Shown: piece after piece, positions 15,301-29,316 of the stretch
How the letters are laid out: every line of letters starts with the position of its first letter
Position numbering within the stretch: position 1 is the stretch's first letter
NCBI GenBank assembly: GCA_965637545.1
Contig: OZ281494.1
Coordinates: forward strand, 8,556,001 to 8,620,000
Direction: 5' to 3'
Length of the DNA: 64,000 bases
DNA from: Phallusia mammillata
Taxonomy: Eukaryota
Translations under genes and position numbers: made by a program
Notes under the pieces: generated by a model
The model's database searches: none
The model's input: the letters and a program-made list of their open reading frames with translations, nothing else
What the model was told of the DNA's origin: nothing

Positions 15301-18300
15301 ACAAAGGTAAAATAACGATAACTTTATTCATGTTTTTTTCATTGCGCCATTAAACTAGGCTGCAGTTTAGAAAGAACATTTTAACGTAAGTCGATAAACT
15401 CAGACCCACTTATGATTTATGCAACAGGCGAATCTGAGTGCAAACCCTGTCCTGCCGGCTCATACTGTCTACCAGTTGAAGTTTGGAATGCTACTCTTAA
15501 TATTCTGCCTTGCCCAGAGGGATATTACTGTCCTGAAGGAACAGGTTAGTTTGACCTAATTAGTATTTTTGCCAATATTTTCAACGTTTTTGTGGTCATA
15601 TCTTGCATAACAGAGTAATAACAAGGCAGACACTTGTAACTACGTCTGTATAGTTATGGTCATTTCTTCCATCACAATTTACCACAAGTTTGGGATTTTC
15701 TTCCATCACAATTTACCACAAGTTCAGAATCTATTTACTAGTATTTCAATCGTATTTGGTGGAATTATGCATCTTGCTCCTTCACTGCTCCAAAGTTTTT
15801 TATTTCCTTAGGTAAATCATCAAGATATTTTCATTGTCAGGTTCCAACTCGTCGTGGTGGCAGCCTTGCCCGTCTGGTACATACAGTAATGTTCTCGGTC
15901 TCTCATCAGCCAACGAATGCACGCCATGCGAAGCAAGATATTTCTGCAAGGGAATCGCTCAAACCAACGTCACTGATCTCTGTGACGCAGGTACATGTCG
16001 AAAAGATACAAGTCAAATGACCCATATTGTAGCAGACCTTATAGGTCGAAACAGTGTGCACTGTCTGCAACTTATCAAAAAACCTTTTTTAACGCCTCGA
16101 AACTGGGACCTAGACCAAATCACACAGAAAACAACAACAACAACAACAACAACCGTTTTCGTCTGCGCACAGGTTACTACTGCACCAGGGGGGTTGACCA
16201 CGCTCGCCCGGGCAACGGAACATCAAGTTATCTCTCAACTGAAACTACCACGGATTCTTGTTCATGCTGTGGAGGCAACAACACTGGGACAGGGGGAATC
16301 TGTCCGCTGGGCTTCTATTGTCCGCGAGGCAGCGAAAAACCTGTTGAATGTGAAGCTGGCACTTATGCTGATTACGAAGGTGCCGAGGTCTGCACACCTT
16401 GCATGGAAGGCTACTTCTGTCCACTGCGCTCAACCGGCTATGCTATGAATAACTGCCCGACTGGACATTACTGCCCACAGGTCAGTGGGTTTTTTCATTT
16501 TTCAGTAAGGGACCTAAAAATCTTATAAGTTTGCTGGATTAAAATGTAAACTATTTGTCTTAGAGCTCAGAATAGGTTTGAACAGCTACATAATGAATGA
16601 AGCAGTCCTATAACATTTCAATCTTATGATTTGTTGTTGTTTTCTGGATCGAAATAAAAAAACAATTTGATATATATTTGTCTATGATAAGAAATCCAAT
16701 AGATTTTAACCTCAAAACTAATTCAAACTTGTGGTACATTTTGCAATAGTTAACCTTTTTTCCTTTTAACGCACAGGGCACGAACGATTCGTACGCCTAT
16801 CCTTGTCCCATGGGTACCTTCAACAGTTATGAGAACAGAGTATCGCCTGACGATTGTCTGGCCTGTCCGGCCGGCGAGTATTGTGGTAGCAGCGGTTTGA
16901 ACGCCTCCGAAGGCAACTGTTCAGCCGGACACTACTGCATTGGAAGGAGCACCACTAAAACGCCGGTTGATTCAACAGAGGGCAGCATTTGCCCAGCTGG
17001 ATTCTTCTGTCCTGAAGGTAGTATTTTGTGTTGAGCTAGACTCCTAGGGCATTGGACTTCGACATTTTTGAAACTTTTACAACACAAATCGGAATCGTGC
17101 AACTTGGAATTGGTTGAACTGAATGTTAGCCATATTAGAAGAACATGTAAAATTTTAAGATTTTTGTGTTTCACGAAATTAAAACTGAACATATTTGTTA
17201 AGCGAACTGAATAAAACCAAATTTCTTGTTTTGGAAAAAACGCCAAACGCAGAGTTTCCTAACTCCTGTTGATTTTGCAAAACAAGTTTGTGTCTTTCAA
17301 TATAGTTCCACAATGTATTGGATTTAATGCTCTTTGGTGTCTTTTATCTTTTAAAAATTGGCATTATTATCTTACCACATTTTAGTAATTATCATAACAC
17401 AGATGTGCCTGTAAGAAAGTTTTAACCACCGATGATAAATACAGTTCATTTAAGTTACACATAATAATTTACGATACGCTTTAACACGTATTGGGGCACC
17501 ACACATATCTTTTTGGTGGCTTTTTTCTGACATCGAAGTCGTAATTTAATGTTTTGTGCATTGCAGGTTCTGCGGCCCCGGTTCCCTGCACCACAGGTTT
17601 CTACTGCCCCAACTCTAACCTCTCAACTCCATTCGCCGAATGTGCGCCAGGTTATATATGTTTCGCGAACGCGACCACCGACAAACCCGACGGCAGTGAT
17701 AGCACTGGTCGCCCCTGCCTACCTGGTCACTACTGTCCGGGTGGGACCCCGACCGAACAGCGCTGTCCCAAGGGCACTTTTGTCAACAACCCAGGGAGCG
17801 ATGACAGAACCGACTGTATGAACTGTACAGCGGGTTGGTACTGTCCGGAAGATGGACTTTCCGGGCCTGTTGGAATTTGCGACGAAGGCTACTACTGTCC
17901 AGGCGGTGACATAAGCAATCAGTCAGTGATATGTGACGTCGGCCACTTTTGTCCGTTTCAATCGATTGAGCAGCACCCGTGTGAATCTGGCTTGTATCAG
18001 GACTTACAGGGGCAACCGACGTGTAAGATCTGTCCTGTCGGTTTCGTGTGTAACGCCACAAACGCCCCAGTAGTGAATCCTGCCCTCTACGTCTGCCTTG
18101 AAGGCTTCTACTGTCCGAATGGAACGAAACACGACCATGAGTTTCCTTGTCCCGCTGGTGTGTACTTTTGTGTATCTTTAAAAAACGTTTTTACAGAGCA
18201 AATTTGAATCATTGAACAATGTTAATTTGAGAGTAGAATTAAAACATTATTTTTAACCACAAACTGTATATATCCTACATAGTAATAGTGGTCGTGTTTG

Positions 18301-21300
18301 AGATAGTTTGACATGCCTTGTCCAATTTTAATCCCCTTTGTGCTGCCATTTTAGACACTGAAGATGCTTGCATAAGCGAAGTGTATTTGTTCCTTATCCT
18401 AATGTAACTGATTTCAGCTTTAAGACAAACGTTCTCAAACTTGGGATGCAAACTGTATCCTACAGCAAAACGACGTTTTTTCGAACCTATACTATCCTAT
18501 TCTATCTGATTTTCTTTGGAATGTTTGGAAGCTTAGACCTAGTAAAAGATACAGCTCAGTTACAATGAATGGAAACTTGTTTGTTTTACAACAGGGACGT
18601 TCAACAATTTGACTGGTTTGGATACGGAACTGAAATGCACTCCATGTACTGGCAAATATGCGTGTGACGAACCGGGCTTGGATGCACCAAAACGGCTTTG
18701 CAGCGCTGGTTTCTTTTGCAAGTATGTAAAAGAACCTACAATATGTTTTGGTCGACCTTTTAACCTGGAAATTTATTAAGATTGAGGCAACTTATCTGCG
18801 GCAAAAAATCCGTGTTTCATTTTCGAAAATTTGACAAATAATAGACAATACTGTAAACATTTATTTATATTAGAAGATGTAATCTTTGTAGTTTTTTGTG
18901 ATATTACTTATACAAATGTTCACACAAAACTTTCCGACGCCAAGTTTGATCTAAACAAGGTAGTTGTTTTTTTATTTACCTGAATCGCAAGTAATAAAAT
19001 CTCTTTGTACAAAGTAACCAGCGTGTTCGGCATTACATTAACGGTCCCTGGCATATTCTTATTTAGGTCGGGAGCCAATTCGACAACTCCATCTCAGGGC
19101 TCCGACAAGGCTGACGTCTGTCCGGCGAGGTTTTACTGCCCGGAAGGAACTGACAACCCGACAGGATGTCCTCCTGGCACTTTCAGGTTTGCAAAAAATA
19201 TTTTACATACACTGAATATTATAAAACGGCAACTACTTTGTCGAACAACATTGTGGTTTACCCTAATGGTTAAAGCGGCGTTTCTTAAATTTTTGTGGTA
19301 TTTTTTTGTGGTACACTGTAAATTAAAACATGTCATTTTAAATCCGACATAACTATGGTCATTTTAAAAGACCGGCAAAAGTACAGTTTGCATTCTCTGC
19401 GACCTTTTGAATAGTCTGTATTTCGAACGTTAACAATCAGTTAATATTTCCAGTAATACACCGGGCTTAGAAAGCGAGGATCAATGTAGTAACTGCACAG
19501 CCGGGTATTACTGCAACGACACAGCACAAGCTGCTGTAAGTGGGGAATGTGAAGCCGGATTTTATTGCCCCTTGGGATCCACAGACCCAAGACAGGTATG
19601 CAAATTATTGGGGTTCTTGATGCCCAAGTTGATCCGTATGTAAAAATTGCGAAGTTTAGAAATATTCAGATGCCTTGGATGGGTAATAGAGTTTAAAGTT
19701 GGTTTAAAAGTTTAGGATTTTAATGTGTGTTTTTAGTGTTGTTTTTTTACTCACACAATGTACTTTAATAAAACAACAACTGCGACCAAGGGGGGAAATC
19801 ACTTTCAATCTTTCCCCATTTTCGACTAGCAACAAATCGAACTTCAAAAAGATAAGTAGAGGCTAATTTAGAACCACGTTGAAGAAAAATCAAAGCTTAT
19901 TTTTGATCAATACTAAGTGTTAACACCTGTGGGCATTGTAAGAGGCCTAAAAAAATCTTCTGACACCTAATTTTTAGATCTGAACGTTTTCCATTTAGCA
20001 AATCGTAATAGCCATTTGTCTATTTCGTTAGATCAATTGCCCTGCAGGAAGTTACTGTCCAGCAAACTCTGCTACATGGACGCTGTGTCCAGAAGCCTCT
20101 TACTCAAATGTACCTGGACAGAAATCCCCGAACGACTGCACACTATGCAAGGCAGGTTACTACTGCGACCAAAAAGGTCAAACCAACTTTACAGCTCCCT
20201 GTGACGCAGGTACGTGCAAGAGTTAATATTGTTTCAGGTCGAACAACAATAAGATTTAATCTCTAGCAAGTAAAGAAACTTGGTCTTTGCTGACAAATGA
20301 GAAGTACAAGTTAACTTCAAATTTATTTCCAGCTGAATTTAAAAGTTGTTCTTTTGTTTATGCTTGACTGAGGTTGGTGCATAACTGATTTTGTCTAAGT
20401 GACAAGCACTCAGTCTCTTCTTGTCGCTGTTTTTTTTTGTGTGTGCTTTGCATTTTGTCGCTTTGAAAGAATTTTGTTTTGCAAGCTATGTCATTATCCT
20501 GATGAAGGCGTCTTGTATAGGACGTCGAAACGTCGATTATTTACAATAAAACTGCTGGAAGAGCAATACTTTGTTAAGCACTCAGTCTGTTCAATTGCAG
20601 TTGGTGTACAATTGTAGTTGACGTGGTGTTAACTTTAAATGTGTTTATATGTCAACTATTGTACGAATGTTCTGCATTTTTTATTAATCTGCTTATGATT
20701 CTTTTTACACAAGGCAATAAAATAAGTTTACTGTATGGATTCTGCTCAATCTTTCTAAGTAGGCTACCAATTTTTCGACAATTACGAAACAGTCACAAAT
20801 ACCAAATAACATAACATTTCAACAGAAGCTCCCTAACTTTGTACATCTTCGCCCCAGGGTATTATTGTCCTGAGGGAACGACCCAGTCTACTCAAGTCAG
20901 CTGTCCAATCGGTTACCAATGTCCTGAGGGTTCTGCAAACTACAGCGCATGCGCAGAAGGCTCGTACGCCCCAAGTCCAAGACAGCCGTCGTGCGACCCT
21001 TGCCCCGCTCGGTTCTATTGCGACCCTGCTGACGTCATCGCTGACGATTTGACGTCACTCACAAAGCCTTGTCCGGCGGGTTATTACTGTCCGGAGGGCA
21101 CTGGTACGTTTTTCACGTTTTTGCAGCACCAAGATTTAAGGCCTTTTTCGACGAATTCGTTCCTTGAAAATTCAGAACATTTTCATTGCTCCCTAATTAC
21201 TTCAAGGTAGATGCTAAACTACACGAAGATTATTTAAAATTGGATCTTTTATTAACCTCGCAGGTTATCTTCCCAGAACTTGAGGGTATATTTATAAACC

Positions 21301-24300
21301 ACACGTAAAAATTAAAGTATATCCTACCCTTAAATTAAAAAATTCCTCATATATATATAAGCGATTGCTGCGGGCATAATATCAAGTTTATAGAGCTTTT
21401 CTGGCAATTGCTATTTTTTTCCGACGTTTTGACGTCCTATACAGGTCGACTTTAAAATTCCTTCCTTGGTGAAAATTCCTCCCGGTTGGGAATCACTATT
21501 TTAAGGCAGTATTAATCAGAACACTAGGGTTGCTATAATTTTACGTTTTTTCGAACAGGTGTCAGTTGGCCAGGTTGTCCTGCCGGGTCGTTCTCAAACA
21601 GCTTGAGTTTGGCGAACGCTAGCGAATGTCAGCCCTGTTCGGCTGGTCAATTTTGCAACGGTACTGCCCTCAGATCACCCACTGACTCGTGTTCGCCCGG
21701 TTATTACTGCACAACCGGTGTTAATGTGCCCAAGCCGGTTCAAACTGGTTCCTCCTGCGACACCATACCCGGTGCTGTGTACGGTAGCGTTGGGAGCATT
21801 TGCCCGAACGGCACTTTCTGTGAAGCTGGAAGCACGGTTCCGCAGGTTTGTGAAATTTCTTCTGTGTATAACGGTCACTTGACTCGAAAATCAATGTTTT
21901 TTTTTCGGTGTTCTTGTTGTGTTATACGAAACCGTTTAACTATGGAGATTGGATAAAGTGACAATGTAAATACAATTATGCCTGACTTGACCTAAGAATA
22001 GCTTAAAGATGCGTTGTATTGGTCTTGTTCTATTGTCAACGCTACATGTGCTTCTGTTCTTCAGGACTGCGATCCTGGATTTTACAACGACCTTGAAGGC
22101 CAGAGTGTTTGTAAGCTGTGTGTAACCGGTTACTATTGTCCATCTGGTACTACCTTTTACATCGACTACCCATGCCCTGAAGGTAATTTTTTAAATGTTT
22201 CAATTTTTTAATTTTACTTATTCTATACGTATTGTCAAATTCCAGTCATATGTCAAGGCAGTAGATTTTGATAAAAATATGCTAACAACGCATTTATACG
22301 TGGTAATTGAAGTTTTTTCGTGCGGCAAAGAATTGAATCAAGTAGCCTTCAGTGGGATTCGAACCAACAACAAAATCTTTTCGACACATAATCTAGCCTG
22401 TGTTAATCAGGGATGGGCCAAAACTGCAAATGTTCTGTTTGGCCGAACACCGAGCATTGTCGAGCAGCACGCTCGGTGCATTGTGACGTCACAAACTTTC
22501 CCAATTCCACACTAGTTTTGTAACTTTCCAAGGTCCCTTACGTCGTCAGTGGTGTATTAAGCTATACAGGCCCCGGAAGTACTCGATTTTCCACCATCTA
22601 ACGCACATTTTTGTTCTTGGATGCCCTTTCGAACACTGATTTCGTATATTAGCAGGGCATGAATATACAAATTTAATGCTGGGTTACAAAGGAAAATGTT
22701 AAGATGTCCCATTGACTATATGCTTCATGTATTTATTAACATAGCCGTTTCCTGGCATGTGTGTTAAAATAAGTCATTTCATCACACAGCAACGGTTTAA
22801 TTGATTTTTGATTTTAATTGAGAATTTTTCTCACCAGGCTATTACTGCCTTCCCGGAACAAGTGACAAAGCGCAACACCCTTGTCCAGCCGGAACTTTCA
22901 ACAATCAAACAACGGCAACCAACGACACGTTCTGTGTTCCGTGTCCGGCTGGCAACTACTGCGATGGAGAAGCAAATACTGACGAAGGTCTTCCATGCCA
23001 ACAAGGCTACTACTGTCCAGGTATATCTACATTTAAAGTTTTTGTAATCTGATATGCATAACAGCTGCAAATTACAATACACTTGAATTTGCAAAAGGCC
23101 CCCAAAAATTATATATAAACAAGCTTTTTTTTTTATCTTTAGTCCACTTTTTTGTGAGTCCCAGGATATTACCCTTGCCCCCTTCTAATTTAACTCAAAT
23201 CTGATGCATTTGTGTTTTTCAGTCATGCTAACGCCTGCGCTTTTTTATTCGACAGCTGGGTCGTCTAGTCCCACTCAGCAGTCATGTTTGGCTGGTACTT
23301 TCTGCCCTGAGAGGGCGCCACACCCGACACCATGTCCAGCCGGTCAGTACTGCGACTCGGACAATCTTCCAGCCCCAACTGGTCCTTGCGACCCCGGATA
23401 CTTCTGCGCTATCAACTCGACCTCGCAAAACCCTGACCCCTGCAACAAAGGCCACTACTGTCCAAACGGCACCACTTCTCGCATCCTATGTCCCAATGGC
23501 ACGTTCTACGACGACCCTATGCCTATCTCCAAGGCTGATGACTGTACATTGTGCACTCCGGGCAAATTTTGTCAAGGTCTCGGCCGCACTAATGTCTCTG
23601 GTGACTGCGCGGCTGGTTACTACTGCCCTGAAGGTAGCGCATCTCAGTTTCAAGAACCCTGCCCCGCTGGATATAAATGTCCATCAGGCACGGGTGATAA
23701 AATTCCTTGCGACAACGGGATGTATCAACGAGATACTCTTCAACCTGAATGTGTTACTTGCCCGGAAGGCACCTACTGCCCAATAGGCGGTCCCATCTCC
23801 GTGCCTTTAACTTGTCCCCCAGGAAGCTACTGTCTCAACGGCACAATCCGTGACGACCAATATCTGTGCCCAGCTGGTACATACAACAGTAACAACGGAA
23901 GCACATCCAACGCTGCCTGCCTTCCTTGCAAAGCTGGATTCTACTGCCAAGCTTCAGGATCAATTAGCGAGGAAGGTCAGGGTCCATGCACTGCTGGGTA
24001 TTACTGTCTCAGGGGGTCGGATTCGGCTGAACAAATCAACTGCCCAGAAGGCTTCTACTGTCCGGAGGGGAGCGACTGGCCGACTCCTTGTGACAAAGGC
24101 ACTTTTACATCGTTGTCAAACAGTCCCAACTCTAGTTACTGCACTCCGTGCCCGGCTGGAAAATACTGCGCTTCCAATTCGTCCGTTTTGCCAGATTGTG
24201 CTGACGGGTACATCTGTACCGGGGGCTCCGACACCCCGACCCCTAACGACCCCAGCATGGGTTACCCCTGTCCTGAGGGTTTCTTCTGCCTTGCGGGCGA

Positions 24301-27300
24301 CACAATGGAACGACAGTGCACCCCTGGAAACTACCAACCGAAAATCGGCCAATCCGAATGCTTGCCTTGTCCAAATGGCACATACTGTGATACAGTGAAT
24401 ATGACAGCGGGTATAACTTGTCCGCCTGCTCAATACTGCCCTGGTGGCGAAAGTGTTGGACGTGATTGTCCATCGGGAACTTTTTCCATTCTCACCGGCC
24501 TTTCTAGCGAGAGCCAGTGTCTTGAATGTCCCGCAGGAAGGTATGTTGCATGTCATTTTCAATAGTACATTGTCCTTGACATATTGGATAAAATTGTGAC
24601 CCAAATGGCTAATGAAGTAAAAATGTCGTTTAAGTAGCGTAGTTATGACATCACAGCTACGTCATAACTAAATATTGCACCAGGGGCAGGAGCTTGGTCG
24701 AGTGGTTTAAGGCAGTGGTCCCAAACCTTCTTCAACGAATTCCTCCCCTAGTATCTCAAAACATTTTCATTTCTCCCCATATGCTAAACTAAACAAAGAT
24801 AATAATTTAAAACTTTACTGGTCATATTCCCAGAAAATTAAAGTAAAATTCTTAACCCCGTGAAAAAAATATTGCAGTTTTTTTGGGCGTGTGTAAATAT
24901 TTCAACACATTTGTTTTCGATTTAGATATTGCAGAAGCCGAGAGACCGACCCACAAAACTGCACTGCTGGGTTCTTCTGCAAGACTGGGGCAAAGGGACC
25001 TTCTCCTGCAAACGACCCCATAACAGGAAACGGGGAGTGTGATGTGGGTTACTATTGCCCTGAAGGTAAATATAAAACCCCTTTGTGTACATTACTTCGT
25101 TCACGAAAAACGTTAAATAGGTACCAAGGCTGAGCTGCCCTGCCAAGCGGGAACTTACAACCCAAATCCCCGCGGAAGCTCGTCAAGTGCCTGCCTGCCT
25201 TGTCAAGCGGGAATGTATTGCAATGCTACGGGATTGGGTGCTGTGACGGGAGAGTGCGCGGCAGGTTACTACTGTCCAGCTACGGCCAACATTGCCGACA
25301 GACAACCGACCGGTTACGAATGTCCAGCTGGACACCGTTGTCCACAGGGAAGCGCCTCCCCAGACCCTTGTCCAGCAGGTAAGTAGTTTAAAAGTCGCTA
25401 CCTATATAGTTTGCAAATTATCGAAGGAAAAGGCATTCCGTTGCGAGCTTGTTTAAGTAAAGTTTTGTTGTTGTAATGTAAGCTATGTATCACCACTTGG
25501 GCCACATTGAGTCTTTAGGCGATTAGGTAGGGCGTACCAGTGCTTATATAAACCCGGCTGTAGCTCGATTGACAACCTGCACTAACGATGGCAATAGCAA
25601 TTGTTAAAACGTCTGCATGATGTATTCTATATACACATGTACTCTGGCAGTTATGTTTTATTTAACTGAGAAACATAGTTGACTTTGGTTGAACCGAATT
25701 CCGTTATTTCCAGGCACATTTCAAGCTTCTCAAGGGCAGGCAGATTGCGACCCATGTCAGCCAAAGTTCTATTGTGTTGCCAACTCGACCACCCAGGAGC
25801 CATGCCCCATGGGGGGTTTCTGCGGGCCCCAATCATCGGCCCCTCAGACCTGCCCCAACGGCACTTTCGGGAATCGAACAAAACTCGAAAGTGCCTCGGA
25901 ATGCTCTTCATGTCCAGCAGGGTCCTACTGCATTGACGGAACCATTACAGGTACGATATATTTTATTTTTTGGGTAAGTTGCCAGCGAACATATACTTTG
26001 CTAAAACGGCGCTTTTAAAAATCTTTTTGTCTAGTTTTTTGAGCTTTGTTTAAACCAGTGGTTCTCAACTTATGGTTCCTGATGACTTTTTTGGATGGTT
26101 TACACGACGTTAATTATATTTGGAAATAAACTGGAAATAGTTGCATATAATTCATTAAATATTCAGTACGAAAAAAGCTTATCCGAGTTATTGGTTATGT
26201 ACTTGTATTTAGGTGTCAGCGTTGTAATATCACTTCTCGAAACTCTGTATTGAAGATGCTTTCTTTATCCTTATACTTGGCAATCGACTCGTCCGCGATA
26301 TTCATTTAATTGAACTGGTGGTCCATGGACTTAAACCTAAAAATTGAGCTTAAAAATTGTCGTTAAGTTTTAAAGCATGTTTTTGAACTTGACAGCCCCT
26401 TGTGCTCCTGGATACTTTTGCATCAGTGGCAGCAACACTCCAACACCTGATGGTTCGAATCCCACCAGCGGTAACCTATGCCCCTTCGGCTATTACTGCG
26501 AGGAAGGAACAACCGAACCACAGCCGTGCCCAACTGGCTCCGTCATAACAGTGGAGGGAGCCACTTCTATTAACAACTGTTCTCAATGTCCTGCAGGATA
26601 CGTTTGCGCCGACGGCTCAGTGCCCGTCAATTGTAGTGCCGGGTTCTATTGTCCTTACCTGCAAAATATGACAGCTTGTCCACCAGGTATGGATATATGA
26701 GATGTAATTTTGAGTTTAAGAGACCCTAAAGGTTTGATGCTGAGTAGTCAGAGGACCTGAAATTGGGACTCTAACCCCGATTTGAAAAACGAACAAAAAC
26801 AAATCTGGCCCGGAAGTGTGCTTTGATAAATGATTTTATGGGCTAGTTAAATGTTATATGTTAAAAAAGCGTATCTTATTCTGATTTTGTGGCAATATCT
26901 TGTGATTCCGTTATCAGTAGTAACCAATATTGAAGTAAGATTCGTCGACAAAAAAAATTGCTGTGTTTTTTAATATACTTTGTCTTCTTTTTAAAACTTT
27001 TCACATAAAATTGTTCTTCAATATTTTGCTTGTAATTTCCAGGCACCTACTCCAACACACTTGGTGCGCCCGACAGCTCAACTTGCCTTCCCTGTCCAGC
27101 CGGCTTCTGGTGTCCGAACGAGGCCACCGTTGACCCAACGCAAACCCCCTGTCCAGTGGGTCACTACTGTGGCGTAGGCACGGGCGGTGGACCCCCAATT
27201 AACGCAAGTTTGAACCCGATTCCATGTTGGGCTGGAACTTACCGAGATCAAGTCGGCGCACAGAGTTCTGCAGATTGTCTCAATTGTTCAGCTGGATTCT

Positions 27301-29316
27301 ATTGTCCGCAGTCGTCGACAGTTTGTTTCAACTGCACGGACGCCGCTGTTAAAGGTATGAAATTTTGTTAAAGGTACGCACATTACCGTTACCGTTTCCA
27401 GTAGAAGCTTATGCGGTAGGCCAATGGTTTTTAACCTTAATAATATTTTGATCCAGAAAAAAAAAACAGATGAATTTTATTTTCCTTCTAAAATTTAATA
27501 AATTGACGGAAGTAAACAATGATAACGTAATTATGTTCTGCAAAATGCATAATTACCGTTTTGGGCGTATAATTACCCACAGTTTGAAAACCACTATACT
27601 TTACATATTGTTGTGTTGAGGCAAAGCGGTTGGTATGAAGCGTGATTATAAGTTCAGAAATCCCTTTCCAGTTGCTTGTTACCATGCATTTAACGTTTAC
27701 AACTGCCTAAATGATCTTCCAAACCATATAAAATTTGAAAGCCAAATGTAAAGTTTGCCGAATCAGTTTTGAAACAAGAAAAATAGAAATTTGAAACTAT
27801 AATAGTTGATTTCGTGTTGAAAAGTGTTCGAAAATTCCGTAATGTGAAACACTTTTATTTCAATGTCGCAGGGATAGTGTGTGAACTGGGTTCGTATTGT
27901 CCCGAGGGTAGTGTAATGCCATCTCCATGTGAAGCGGGATTCTACTGCCCACAAGCTTCGGTGCAACTACCATGTCCCGCAGGTATGTCTTTTTTCTCAC
28001 CTTGGTACTTATTTTCTAAAACTTAACAAATGAACTCATTCGTTAAGATTCTGCTTCTCAGAGCCACAGTGTTGCAATTAATTCTGTAGAAAACGTTTCA
28101 CAAATGTCGTTGTTATTATTAGAGCGAAGGAACAAACGAGTATCGCATATGTAAATAACCAGTTAGGTAATCTCTTTCGTGTAATTATCCGATTTATTGG
28201 ATTTTCCTAACCAATGGCAAGGGGTAGATGTAGGATTTATGATTCCTATACAATTAAAATGATTATGCGATTATCCAGGTTCGCTTGCATACGTGTTCTA
28301 AAAAATGTGACGCAAGTGGTGACATCATGTACGACGTCACTTTGAACCTTGAAATTTATAAATCAGTGATACACTTGCTTTACAGGAAGCTACTGCCCAC
28401 AGAATTCAAGCCAACCGACAGCTTGCTCGCTCGGCCATTACTGCCCAGAAAACTCATTCAAGGAGAGTCTGTGTCCGCTTGGGTACAAGGAAATCGACGG
28501 TTCTCTCCGCACATCGCTGGCAGACACTTGCGAAGCTTGCGCTCCTGGCACATATGGAGCCGATGCCGATAGACAGGTATTGTTGTATTAATGGTTCAAA
28601 ACCCAGGTTTAACCCTCTGATGTTGCCGAATTTGTGTTGGAAATAAGACGAAATACGTATTATTTGAAATTTAATGTGGTTTACGAATATAACATGAGGT
28701 GCACTTTTTCAATCATTAAAACATTTTGCACAAATTCCGATTTTTACAAATTTTAACCTCAAATTTAAATGTATAGCCTTTTTTTCTGAAAATTGATAAA
28801 ATATCGGTTTGTTAGAATAGGAACAAAACAAATAATAACTGGGAAAACTTGACTCTATTCCAAATTTCCAAAACCTTTTTTCTGATCATCATTAACTTTA
28901 CGTCAAACTATTGATGTAACTTGAATAAGGACGAAACAAATTAAAATTGTATTAATTAATATGTCAAAAATCGCAGCACATCTGCCATCATACAGTACTA
29001 CCAGTCTGAAAAAGCGTTGCTGTCTTGTGTAGTGCCCTCGAAAAAAAATAATCAATATTTTTTTCTGTAGAACTGCACACAATGCAGAGCAGGCGTGGTA
29101 TGCCTCTCTGGCGCCACTACCGACCAGCCGCAATCCAACAACGCGACGACCAACGTCACCAACTCGTTTCCATGTCCGAAAGGTTACTTCTGTCCTGCTG
29201 GGTCCACCGAGCCTACACCGTGTCCGGCTGGAAGTTACAATGACAATGAATTTGCTGCATCTGCTGACTCAGCATTCTGTATACCTTGCGCTGTCGACTT
29301 CTTTGGCCCTACTCCG
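321..29316 (+). CDS. Ectodomain, exons 1-44: tandem Cys-rich CxxG[FYTH][YF]CPxG / CPxGT[FY]xxxxGxxxCxxC repeats (about 3,445 aa visible)
   Basis: Every exon translates to the same motif set, e.g. CPAGFYCEEG, CPKGTFVNNPGSDDRTDCMNCTAGWYC and CPAGTYNSNNGSTSNAACLPCKAGFYC, with many NxS/T sequons. The pattern matches the ephrin-receptor-like (GCC2_GCC3) repeat known from SCUBE, SVEP1, ELAPOR and Eph ectodomains (recognised by eye, not searched). Confidence 0.9.

Noticed and set aside
15663-15724. CRISPR-like direct repeats (also 43409, 54478)
   Set aside because: Only two copies with very short spacers, in introns of an animal gene; ordinary tandem duplications.
18358-18385. Hammerhead-like CTGAAGA-t-GCTT(gcat)AAGC-GAAG-TGTA
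   Set aside because: Stem II is good, but GAAA is GAAG, there is no palindromic stem III and no convincing stem I. At best a decayed relic.
24116-24604. Long minus-strand and alternate-frame ORFs over Cys-rich exons (also 1939-2241, 17783-18061, 23850-24398)
   Set aside because: These are shadow ORFs of GC-richer coding exons, with no independent splice or protein signal.
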